From Botryllus schlosseri (lineage: Eukaryota): DNA of 64,000 nucleotides. The stretch lies in the NCBI GenBank assembly GCA_051294905.1, contig CM119375.1, forward strand, positions 19,530,001 to 19,594,000, in the 5' to 3' direction. Positions 15,193-26,240 of this stretch are shown here, in pieces (position 1 is the stretch's first letter; each line of letters opens with the position of its first letter). Below the pieces are notes generated by a model. The model ran no database searches. It saw nothing but the letters and a program-made list of their open reading frames with translations, and was not told the origin of the DNA. The position numbers and the translations under genes were made by a program.

Positions 15193-15680
15193 CAACTGAT
15201 TGATATTGTAGTTGAAATGTGACATATTGAAAACAATAACACAACTATCATTCATCGTCCACATGATCATTCTGAATGGGTTTTCAAATGTTCCCTCTAA
15301 GCTGCGCATTGCTGACAAAGTCGCTCAGCACGAAAAGCCGAATTTTTTTCGTTGATACGCACTGTTGTCCATGGGACCGCTCAGAGATTTGACGAGTGCG
15401 CGCAGACTCGTGGGACATTGGCATTGACGTAGGCTTATACGAATAAAATAATGTTAGGAAGGAAGTCAATTGCCTACCGTGTCAAGTAAAACCAATCTCA
15501 TAGTTTTCGGGCAGAATCCAGCCACGAATTTTAAAATCGAGACTAATTAGGCTACAATGTTTTTAGGTTGGCATTAGGTAGATTATGGAAATCCAGATGG
15601 GGGTATAGGATATAACCGATGTGGTGAAAATATATTATCGTGTCGAAGAAACAACAACCGTCTACTTATATTCGTTTCAG

Positions 15681-18117
15681 CAGCTGGTACCAAATCTAAA
15701 CCGTACGAATACAGTGCATTTACTGTATATGATGGATACATTGATCGGAGGTCTTATCTCCAAGCTCGGCAATTTTGTAAAAGACATAAATCTAGACTAG
15801 CATTGCTTCATGATGATGAGAATTTAGAAGCTCTGCTGTCGAACCTGGAAAAGTAAGTGATAGCCGGCTTTTAACATATATCATAGTTAGGGATTAGCCT
15901 GTATTTTGTGGCCCCTAGCGATGGCTTTTACCATTTCGTGACCCTGAATGGAACTCCTGGTTGTGGAACTTATAGGCTACTTGCATTCATGGGCTGATTC
16001 CATATTTGATCATATTGAATATTATAGAGAATAAATGGAAACAAAATCGATATGAAGCCACAGTCAGAAACTCATACAAGCCACAGTCAGAAAGTCACAC
16101 GATCTTTTAGGTTCTCGAAGGCAAACCTGTCAGTCTTTCTTTCTTTTTCCGCGCAATGTTAATTCATACACTGAGCGAGAGATGAAAGTCTTCACAAAGA
16201 GACCACACGATACAGCCCGTATAGAACCGTTGACAGACTTAATATATATTTCGATGTAGGTGAGGTTCACCAAAATAATCTTGCTAAATACACTCTCTGT
16301 CACGCTCTCGTCCTATGGTTGCTATTCGTCCCCTATGAATTATTTTCAGCCCGAGCATGACGCCATTTTGGGTCGACAGCGAGAAAAAAGAAAATTCGTG
16401 CATCAGTGTGTCTGATGATGGTGTTTCCGATGCCGACTGCCTTCAGTCAATGTCGTTCATATGCGAGCAAGGTATGACTGAGTTCATGTACCGTAAATAT
16501 CAGGTAACAGGTCGAAAAGCGAATCCAATTTACTCGATTGGATTTTAGTCACATTCGCTGATATACTTTGGCAGAGCGATACGATAAATAAGGCTTCGAA
16601 AGGTGGAAAAACAATATCCCTTCTCGCTATCACAGTGGCTCTCAAACTTTATTGAACACGCCCCCGTTTATGATAGTGAAGAATTTTTCGCCCCTATTAT
16701 CGTCATATCACAAAATGCAACCAGAATGCTAACAATCATAACGGATAGCTTGATGCCATTGAAGGTTATGACATCATTTCATAAATCGGGATGTTATTCG
16801 TTTGCAGCATCTTAATATATACATTGAGCAACTTCATAGCTGATCAGTTTCGTTTTAAATACGACCCTTATATAATATAAGGTCAACTTCCATTTTGAAT
16901 AAAAGATGGCGAAATAATTATTGGTACCAAAATAAAGATGAACGATCTTTGGTCGAATAAAACAAAACGAACACAAAATTCTGCCACCTGTAACCTACAC
17001 ATCACGGAAATTGTAAGCCGCGTTTATTATGAGCAGCTCTGGCAGCGCATACGTAGTTCTAATCGACGTTAATTACAGCGCTTGGTGGCCACTTTTTGAT
17101 AGACACCTGTTCAACCCCCTACGTGCTGATATCATTTTTCAGGCACCATCATTGAGTATAGCAATGCTTGTAATGATAAATTCAGAAAACCGACGTTTCC
17201 TCTGTCATAATAACTTATTTATAGCCTACATCGCAGTATTTCTTGTCCATCTCACATTAGAGTCTTTGTGGAAAAGAAGAGCTTGGCGAGCGGCCTTTTA
17301 CAAATCAAAATAGGCAAAATAAACGATTATTATCATGACTACTGCCAGCACATATCATGATCCATTGGATGTGGCAACTCAAATTTACGTCCGCCTTCGC
17401 AAACTAGCTGTACTATGAAGATCTCAAACTGAGCTCAACAAACCATTATCCACGCGGGAAGCTACATGATCATCACTTACATATACCGGTAATAAAATCA
17501 ATATTCAATCCACAATAGCAATCTTTAAACTTATACTATGTGAGTCCTACTAAATGAGTTGCACGAGTATAACATTGGGATTAACAAAAATGCGGAGGAT
17601 ATTCCAGGAAACAAATAGCGCGAACGCTGTAAATCAACATTATCATTACATGAACTATCTATGTATTCGGGTCCTCTTACTTGTGCGATGAAGTTATGAT
17701 TGGGATCTCCGCCATATTTAATTGAATGCATTTTAGAAATCATTGGTGTTAAGTGTATATGGTGGTCTTTTTTCGAATAATAGTAACGTGTATGCAGTTT
17801 GTGGTATCTTCTCGCGTAACACGTGCATGAAAATTGCATTCCAGTTGCTGCCCATGATTTGTCAGTTTCCGAAGAACAACCTTTCGTAGAGATGGGTATG
17901 AATCTGAATATCAACTGTTCTGCATTGGGGATTCCAGTTCCGAAGGTTTCCTGGTACCGAGGCGGCAGATACGTACCGCCCCAGAAACATGGACTCGGCA
18001 GCTCAACACTAGTGCTCAAGGACATAGGTCCCGATGATTTGGGCATGTATGTGTGTAAAGCTGTGAACGAAGTTGGAGGACAACTGAGACACATGGGAGG
18101 ATTGTCTTTCGTTGAAA
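15681..18117 (+). CDS. Partial host gene: C-type lectin-like domain (exons 15681-15852, 16350-16471) followed by an Ig I-set domain (exon 17845-18117)
   Basis: Phase-consistent GT-AG exons; A..FC....LA, FWVD, SC..V..DADC...FICE; Ig INCSALGIPVPKVSW...GMYVCKAVN; ends of gene not defined. Confidence 0.75.
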
Positions 18118-18894
18118 GTAAATATAGTAAATACAGCAGTATTCTTATACTGAATCTCGTTTGGAAGGTCGGCTTCCGTTTGTTTTCTATCGTTTACCAC
18201 GTTTCCTACACTTCAGAGCTGGGTTGTAACCAAATCAGAAAGCACCGAGTCCTAGTCGTTGCGTTGACTGCTCAGTTTCTAGTTGAAGTCCTGTTAAAGC
18301 CAACTCTGTCTGGGGATATCGAATGGTTCGCATTTGAAATATACTAATTTTCCTCACTTTTACCAGTTTCTGGTGGCATTTTCAAGTACCAGAGCCAGTG
18401 TCTTCGAAAATACATTGAAATGTCGGCGTTGGCCGTCTGAGACTCAAGTCATATGACTTATTACTATATTTTTTATTCACAGTAAAACTGGTAACTACAC
18501 ACATAATCCGGGAAGCAACCTGTCCCCAAAGTAAAAACTGGTAACTACACACATAATCCGGTAAGCAACCTGCCCCCAAAGGACAATGGCGAGATTGGAG
18601 TAAATTTTAAAATTTCAGTAATACAGGCAAATTGTAATTCCTGTGTAATTCATGGAGAAGTCAGATTACAGAATTGCAGTAGATGAAGAATTGTCAAGTG
18701 TAAAAATCGTGATAGTGGCGTTGATCACAGCACAGGTTTTGTGCGCCACTTCTATTAGAATGAATTTATATTATCCAAACATATATCATCGCTCAGTACT
18801 ATTGGCATACCAACATGCACATTGCACATTCAATACACGGAGCTTGCCGACACTATACAATATACAAACATGACATCAACACATTTGGTTAAAC

Positions 18895-19505
18895 AAATTA
18901 TAAATGTACAATTGTACATGTATTAGCTATACTATATAAATCCTCCGAAGATATCACGAACTCTGCAACATTATCCAATATCTTTGGATCTGTTAGAACG
19001 TCTTTCAAAATCCAATTTATTCGGTTCACTAGCGCAGCATCATTTATTTGTCTCCTTTGATGTTGATATCTCACACATTGTAACAAAAATTGCTCTATAG
19101 ATTCTTCTGCATTGCATTGCTTACGTAGTGAAGTCTCAGAACAACGGACCTTATGTCGATGTTGATTCAGTCTGCAATGACCACTTCAATTTGAGCTCTG
19201 TCGCCGGTAATTGATGGTCGCAGATTCTTATACGCTCTCCCGGTTCCAGTGCTTTGGTATATCTGATCCCATTCACATATGCAATGGTTTCCTAAGAGGT
19301 CATAATTGATTGTTCCCGCCATTTTGTTCTTGAAGAAGAGTCATTGGCTAATTGATCGGCGATTTCGTTGCCACGAATACCAGCATGCCCTCATTGCCCA
19401 GGTATCAAGATGAACTTGATTGATTTATTGTTATTTTGAAGTTCTGCAATATATTCTAATATATCGTTCACAACGTAGTCATTGACCGATCCATGATTGG
19501 CGATG
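18895..19505 (-). mobile_element. 5'-truncated non-LTR retrotransposon (RNase H-bearing I-group-like LINE), 3' end of ORF2, degenerate
   Basis: Manual minus-strand translation gives IKFILIPGQ*GHAGIRGNEIADQLA (RNase H C-terminus) and RLNQHRHK..QC.AEESIEQFLLQCVRYQHQR (decayed C-terminal CCHC). Confidence 0.8.
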
Positions 19506-19514
19506 GCGGTTATG

Positions 19515-20420
19515 ACTCGAACCAAGTCATATGACTCGAGACTCATACGGCCAAGACCGACATTTCATCGTAATTTCGAAGAATAGTAAAGTAACCACAC
19601 AATTGGTATTTCGTCTATTGGTACTGGTACTAGAAAATGCGACCAGAAACTGCTAAAAGCGAGGAAAATTATTATATTATAAATGCGAACCATTCGATAT
19701 CACCAAACAAGAGTTATAGAAAGTGCGTTTAACTTGGGCTCAGACTCGAATCATTGCACAAGACTCGGACCAAGTCATATGACTCGAGACTGGTTCTACT
19801 AAGACAGGCATTTTATTTTAATTTCAAAGAATAGTAAAGTTATCACACTATTATTATTTCGTATATCAGAACTCGTACTTGATAATGCTACTAGAGACTG
19901 TTAAAAGTAATGAAAATTAGTAGATTATGAATGCGAAGCATTCGATATCACCGAGCAGAGTTGTAAAAATTGGGGTTCACATGGCATCAGCTCAGAACGG
20001 AACAGTCAATACAGTGACTTGGACTGGGAATCGCGTCAAAGCACTATGACTTGGACTCGACACTCTACTCCGTGACTTGGACTCGGAGTTGACTCGGTGA
20101 TGAATTGAAAATGACTCGACTTGACTCGAGTCAAAACTACAGAAGTGTGATTGACTTGTGACTCGGAACCTTTGACTTGCTTACAACCCTGATAATACCA
20201 TGACTCGGACTCGACCCTATGCTCGCTGACTTGAACCCGGACTTGACTCGGTGGTGAATTTGAAAATGACTCGACTTGACTCGAGTCGAAATTACAAATG
20301 TGAGATTCATTAGCGACTCGGAGACCTGTGACTTGGTTACAAGCCTGGTATTTTGATAAAAGACTTCGAGTCAAGTCGCGTCATCATCAAATCGCAACTC
20401 GAGTCGGACTCGGGTCGAGT
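19515..20420. repeat. GACTCGAGTC-rich repeat/MITE with internal ~250-bp tandem units; inverted related copy at ~18200-18460
   Basis: Many gactcg/cgagtc motifs; 19520-19720 is repeated at 19770-19980 and as reverse complement at 18200-18460. Confidence 0.7.
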
Positions 20421-21040
20421 CATTACAACCTTGCTTCTGAGGCTTCGGACATTCTCGGTTCATATTAAATCCAGCTTTAACTGTGGCTGCAGTGCGCTAA
20501 CGACGCCGGTCGCATATGATATACGTCAGTGGTTCTCAACATCCTGTCCGCGAGGACATTCCTGCCGGTCCGCCAGTTACATTACATTTTTACATCTTAA
20601 TTTCAAGATGCAATGTTGAAGGCTTGTTCATTTATATAATAAACAAAACATCAAATTTTAAAATGATTCAGAACTTCGTGAGGTAACACTAGCGCTGGAA
20701 ACATGTTCGATTTCATTTAAAGTTCAAGACGTGTCATTTGACGACGCGAGCAACAAGTAGCCAACAGAGCAAATGCGAGCTGACTCATTGCTAAACAGCA
20801 CAGTTGGCGCGATCATTCGTTTTCGATTCATTCATTTTGTGCAGGACCGTAACTGGGGCACCCCAAACCGCCCCATTGGAGAGTGGCCGAGCTTGAAAAG
20901 AGCCCAAAATTATTTTGCAAATGAACATAAATTATAGCGTATTTTTTTGAAACATTTTCCAACATTGCGTTGCAGCTATTGCATTGCGTTGTCAGCCATT
21001 ACCTCGCCACGACGTACCAACAACGTGGGTATACCTAGTA

Positions 21041-23043
21041 TAGGGTTGCCATACGTCCGGAATTTCCCGGACATGTCCGGAATTTCACTGTTCAAACTAG
21101 CGTCCGGGAGGAATTTCTAAAATATGCCAAATGTCCGGAATTTTGAAGACTTGGCGTATGCTCATAACTTTTTCGTAAACCAGCTTAAAAATAATATTTT
21201 TGGGGAATATTTATGCTGATGCATGAAATTTTTCTTCGCGCTGCGCGCGATTTACTATCACATTTATTGATTTTATTATGGAGACTATCACCCTCGCAAA
21301 AACTGCAATAAAATATAAATAAAAACAACCTTCATTTACTGGAATAAGCCTAATTGTAATCGGCTCTTCAAAGTTTGATCTGGGCCACGGAACATTTTCA
21401 AATTGGAGATGGAGCCGCGACCATAAAAGGTGCGCACCGGCATAAGGCTGATAAACAATCTTATCGGTAGGACATGAACATGACTTAACCATGTGCAATT
21501 ACGCTCCCTGTATTTTCGAACTCATCATCCTCCACCAGCTCTAACGCTAACTCTGATCGTGTGGGCGGAGAGCAGTAGCTATATAGTGATATATGGAATG
21601 ACCAATGTTATTGACTGAATTCATTATTCATTCAAACAATTTAACGACCAGTTGCATATATAAACCAGATTCATATAGCAAGCCCCCCCCCCCCCAGAAG
21701 TTGCATCGATTAGCCCAGGGGTTCTCAAAGGGTGGGCCATGGCCCACTAGTGGGCCACAGGAGTAATTTTGGTGGGCCACAGAGCTATTTCGAAAATTAT
21801 AGAATTCATGAAAGTTTGGTTGCATTTTTTTTTTTGTTCATATTAAAAAAAATATATTGATGTTATCGAATTATACGTAGCCTATGCTACATAAAGCTTT
21901 TCATCCGACTCTGATGAGACTTAGTGGCACGTATGGAGTCATGAATGTACAAGTCGAAATGGGAGGGGATACGGCGGCTTTTGTCCCACCAGCTATGACA
22001 ACCTCCGACCGGCAGCGACGAAAATAATTTCAATTATATAATAACTGAAAGTTAATGCTGAAATATCCAAGTATTCCGGCAGGGTCATAATGGATTGAGG
22101 AGTTGGCACAGCATATTAATCTTCGGAGTCGGTCTAAAAATGTCCGGCCTTGAAATCGTTATACATAACGTAAGAGTCACATGAATTGGTGGTATCCTTG
22201 GAATTAATGTTATTACATCACAACTTCAAAGGTACAAGACATATACTAGGTAGGCCTACACTGTATTACTAGCGTATTAAAAAAATTTCAACACTTCTCT
22301 GTAGTATCCCATTCATCAAAGAATTGTTTAAAGCGGCCCAGAATGGGTTTAGTATTCCCCATCAGAGTGGAATTAAACCCCTAATCATACAGTGAATGCG
22401 GGGATTGGATCATTGGGTTTCGCGACTTGAGTCGAACAGAGGATGTAGAGTGTACAGGTACACACGAGTTACACGATATTGCAGGGCCGTAACTTTCGCA
22501 CCCCTAACCAACAATTGGGAGAGCTCTAAGTTGGTAATAATTATTTCGTTGGTTGTCTGTTGGAGATTTATGTACCTTTAAATTTTTTGTCGCGCTCCGC
22601 GCGATTTCATGTTCCCTCGGATCGACATTTAAATATGGACAGTAGCCTAATGAAAGAAAAATGCGTATATTTTAGAGAAAAAGCCATATCGGTGGCGATT
22701 AGTCTACCACACATTGAAATGCACTATGACTTTATAAGAGGTGGGCCACAGAACATTTTCAAACCGGAAAATGGGCCACAGCCAAAAAATGGCTGATAAC
22801 CCCTGGATTAGCCTATAGTGTGGGCTCAAAATCATTGTATATTTGGGCGGGAGGAGGCTGTAAACATGTGCTTTCGATCCCGGTTACACAACACACAGCA
22901 ACACACTCTTGAACCGGATCGTGACCAGCACCTCTGGTCTCTGAGCAAAGCTTTGCTAGTGTGACGTCATAACTAATTTTGAAAACCACTAGTGGGCGCT
23001 AAAGAGTGTCCGGAATTTGGGTTTCTGAAATATGGTAACCCTA
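21041..23043. mobile_element. hAT-like element (TAGGGTT ends)
   Basis: TIR tagggttgccat / atggtaacccta; perfect 8-bp TSD acctagta; partial inverted copies at 23870-24330. Confidence 0.88.
21716..22805. mobile_element. hAT-like element nested in 21041-23043
   Basis: TIR caggggttctca / tgataacccctg; perfect TSD gattagcc; an empty-site version of the host element is seen at ~24270-24330 (minus). Confidence 0.88.
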
Positions 23044-23128
23044 ACCTAGTATCCATACCAAACGAGAAGCTTAAATCTGGAATCTTCGGTGGATCCAAGA
23101 TTCGAATAAAGACTAAGGATTACAATGT

Positions 23129-23290
23129 GGTGTCATAGCGCAGTGGTATAATCCACAGCTGCAACATCAATTGATTGCGGGTTCGAGTCCGACCGTGGTC
23201 GACTTCAGAATTCCTACCCAAGTGTTGGAGGTTTATCTAGGCTCCTCCACGCCACCTCATCCGCGTAAGCGGTGTCTTACAAAAAGCCTT
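23129..23290 (+). mobile_element. tRNA-derived SINE (Cys-like head)
   Basis: A box tagcgcagtgg, B box ggttcgagtcc, no closing acceptor stem; right boundary approximate. Confidence 0.55.
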
Positions 23291-24539
23291 GAAGTGGGCT
23301 ACATGTCGGCAGATACGGAACCCAAAATGCAGAAAATCGCCCTGGTGTAAATGACCGTTGTAGTCGACAAACACCATGAATCCTCCAAACAAACCATTAA
23401 ACATAATAAAGTTTAGGCTAACATCGAACTCCGAAAGGTTTGCCAAAATTCGGCAACGAGAAAATCGATGCAGTCGTGCATGATCGAAAATTTTCTCCAT
23501 TGGTGCGATTAAGCTACATAAACTCTCTGCTTACACTGAGTAGAATGAATGTGCTCACAAGTACACGTGAAAACATCCACCCATCAGTATGGTCTGGGAT
23601 CGAAGCCCCCGGAAGTTTGGCTTATCGCCCTGTGGGGGCCCAAGACCGACATTTTTGGGAAGGGTTGACGAAGTGCTTTTTCGGCCCGGATTTGTGGATG
23701 GTCGGTATAGTTGCTGTAAGACAATATGGTAGTCCCCATATTTAAACCAAAAAAGATGATACTATATCGCGAGAAGAAAATTTTTATGTAGCATAAATCT
23801 GCCCGAAAATAGCATAAATGTAGCATAAATCTGCTCGAAATGTTTATGTTGATTTAAGAAATATTATGAGCCTACTTCAAAATTCCGGACATTTAGGCAT
23901 ATTTTAGAAATTCCTCCCGGACGCAGTTTTAACAGTGAACGTATTGCAACCTACTCTAGCACCATATAATTGTAAATAAACGGTTGCATACTTTACATTT
24001 TGGCTTCATTTCAAATTTGAATGTTCACCGGTCCGCCTGACATTTTTTGAAATTTTACCGGCCCGCGAGGTGAAAAAGGTTGAGAACCACTGATCTGCGC
24101 TAGGGTTACCATATTTTTGTGGCTCAAATTCCAGACGCTCTTTAGCACCTACTACTGGGTTTTATCTGGTATACAGCGCACCAGTCGTGTGTTTGACAGC
24201 CGTGACCCATGACGGAAACAACTTTTTGCAGTCTGCAGTCTCCTGTCTCCTCCTCCAAAATACAGTGTGATCTTGGACCCCCATAGCGTAATCGATGCAA
24301 CTTCTGGGGCTTACTATATGCATCTGGTTTCTATGTGCATCTGGTTGATCGTGCTATAAGGGCCAAGACTACCTTTTTCGATGGTTGAGAAACGGTTTAT
24401 TGTGATTAACGAAAAACGTTTCGTTCTCAAAAACGCAAACAAACATAGACAAGCGGTTGTAAAAATTGGCTACACCTGTCAGATTAAAATCATAAAATCA
24501 GCATTATTGTTTGGTTTTGATTTTGTAAGGGGCCTTGAG

Positions 24540-24878
24540 TAGGGCTGAGCACAATGATTCGAGTACTCGAATCTGAATCGAGTATTATTTTTAATGATTC
24601 GAGTCGAGTAGTAAAAGACCATTTTTTCGACTACTGAAATTATACGCTCTGAGCAACTGAAAGTTAATTTACTAACGAAAATTATAGTTTTGGTACTATT
24701 TTCCGCTGATGAAGCCTTGAAACATTGATTAGCTGTGCCGCAGCATACGACATATAGTACAGAGCTACGAACGTTACAGGAAATAACACATTTCCGAAGT
24801 CATGATCATCCCACAATATTGTCAAAAAGTGCAATGAAATTGGAATGGTCGAAAAAATACTAAAGTATCTTTGGTACT
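24540..24878 (-). mobile_element. MITE family A copy truncated by the giant retroelement insertion
   Basis: Reverse complement of ~340 bp of the 8672-9185 copy; homology stops at gtatctttggtact|tgtga; ~170 bp missing. Confidence 0.85.
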
Positions 24879-25083
24879 TGTGAAATAAGTGCCCGGAGGT
24901 CTAGGCGGCAATAGTTGTTGCACCATAAAATGGGTGTGTAGGAGGATAGTAAGTGTTTTGCATGTACATTGAAATGAGGGTGAAAAAATCGTTAGGTCTG
25001 ATAAGGAACAAGTGAAAAAAATAACCCTGTCATAGGAATAACACGGGATTAAAATAGGAGAGAGTCAGTACACAAAAAACGCC

Positions 25084-25097
25084 AAGAAAAAGGGGGG
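25084..25097 (+). other. Candidate polypurine tract
   Basis: aagaaaaagggggg followed by TT then TG (25100), resembling a retroviral PPT-NN-TG junction. Confidence 0.4.
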
Positions 25098-25184
25098 TTT
25101 GATCCGCTAAAGACGATGGGGAGTTGATCGACACCACATGTCGTATTATTTACTTGCGCAGATACGCGGAAAAGAACATACAAT

Positions 25185-26111
25185 GTGTTGAGTTTGGTCG
25201 AATCGGGTGCATTGCTAAACACACGGGATTGTGTGAAATTTCTGAGAAATCACGGGTTGTTGGTGCGAAGGATGAAATGCAAGCGATGTAAAAAAATAAT
25301 GAAAGAGGAAATTACGTCAACAGGCGATGATGGATTTAGGTGGCGATGCAACCCCTGTGACACTACGGCGACTATACGGAAACACTCGATATTCGCGGGA
25401 AGCAAGGTAGAACTTCCCAAATTATTAATATTGTTCTACTTTTGGTCCCATGACGCGTTGCAAACCCAAATTTCGCATGAAGCTGAGATTAGCCCACGTT
25501 CAACGGTTACCTGGTGCGGCAAATTGCGAAAGCTTTGTACGGCCGAATTTCACAGGAACAAGCGACGTTTGGGAAAGGAAGGCGGTTGCGTAATTATTGA
25601 TGAAACGCACTTAGCCAAGCGCCGGGCTGCCTCTGGTAAAGGACCAGCTGTTAAAGCCATTTGGGGGTTTGGAGGAATAGACAAAGCCACCGGAGAAATG
25701 TTCATTGAAATAACTTCTGACAGAACTGCTGAAGTATTTCGAAAACTCATAGTAGAAAATGTGACAGAGGGGTCCACAATTCTAACCGATGCTTATCCTT
25801 CCTACAAGGGCATAGAGAGCTGGGGGAAGGGTTATATACACGGCGTAGTGGACCACTCCCGATGGTTTAAAGATCCCCGGACAGCTTTTTGTACTAATGA
25901 AATCGAGGGGGCCTGGGGACAGCTTAAATATCACTTACATAGGTCTCGTGGTTTAGCACGTCACCTTTTAGCCGATTACGTAGGGGAGTTTTTGTGGAAA
26001 CGTCAACATCAAAAGACTGACCGATTCTTGGCACTCCTGCGCACCATACACAATGATCCACGGTATAATTTTGACAAATTTGATGGGTCTCCTGTATTAC
26101 CACATTTGTAA
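25185..26111 (+). CDS. Merlin/IS1595 (ISXO2-like) DDE transposase #1
   Basis: CxxC..CxxC Zn ribbon, IIDET / LTDAYPSY / NEIEGAW catalytic triad; no in-frame ATG at the 5' end, splice acceptor at 25160-61. Confidence 0.9.
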   Translation: MLSLVESGALLNTRDCVKFLRNHGLLVRRMKCKRCKKIMKEEITSTGDDGFRWRCNPCDTTATIRKHSIFAGSKVELPKLLILFYFWSHDALQTQISHEAEISPRSTVTWCGKLRKLCTAEFHRNKRRLGKEGGCVIIDETHLAKRRAASGKGPAVKAIWGFGGIDKATGEMFIEITSDRTAEVFRKLIVENVTEGSTILTDAYPSYKGIESWGKGYIHGVVDHSRWFKDPRTAFCTNEIEGAWGQLKYHLHRSRGLARHLLADYVGEFLWKRQHQKTDRFLALLRTIHNDPRYNFDKFDGSPVLPHL

Positions 26112-26240
26112 ACCCCGTTTTAAGGTTCCAGGACGGAAATGACGACATCTGTTGTTTTGTGTTTTTACAGACGGTAGTCTAGGTCTAGTGCGCGATTATA
26201 TTTAGTTTATGACGTGGCGAGAACCACCACTGTCTGTACC

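Noticed and set aside
18482-18581. 50-bp tandem duplication
   Set aside because: Real, but an ordinary local duplication in an intron.
19515-20420. Regularly recurring gactcgagtc motifs as a CRISPR-like array
   Set aside because: No constant repeat/spacer period; eukaryotic MITE subterminal repeats present elsewhere in the window.
23129-23200. Functional tRNA gene
   Set aside because: A and B boxes present, but acceptor and anticodon stems do not close; treated as a SINE head.
24879-25200. Short LTR repeated near 56.8-57.7 kb
   Set aside because: Compared by eye; no direct repeat found.
25185-26111. Bacterial IS1595 / contamination
   Set aside because: Embedded among eukaryotic signals and genes; Merlin is the eukaryotic branch of this family.
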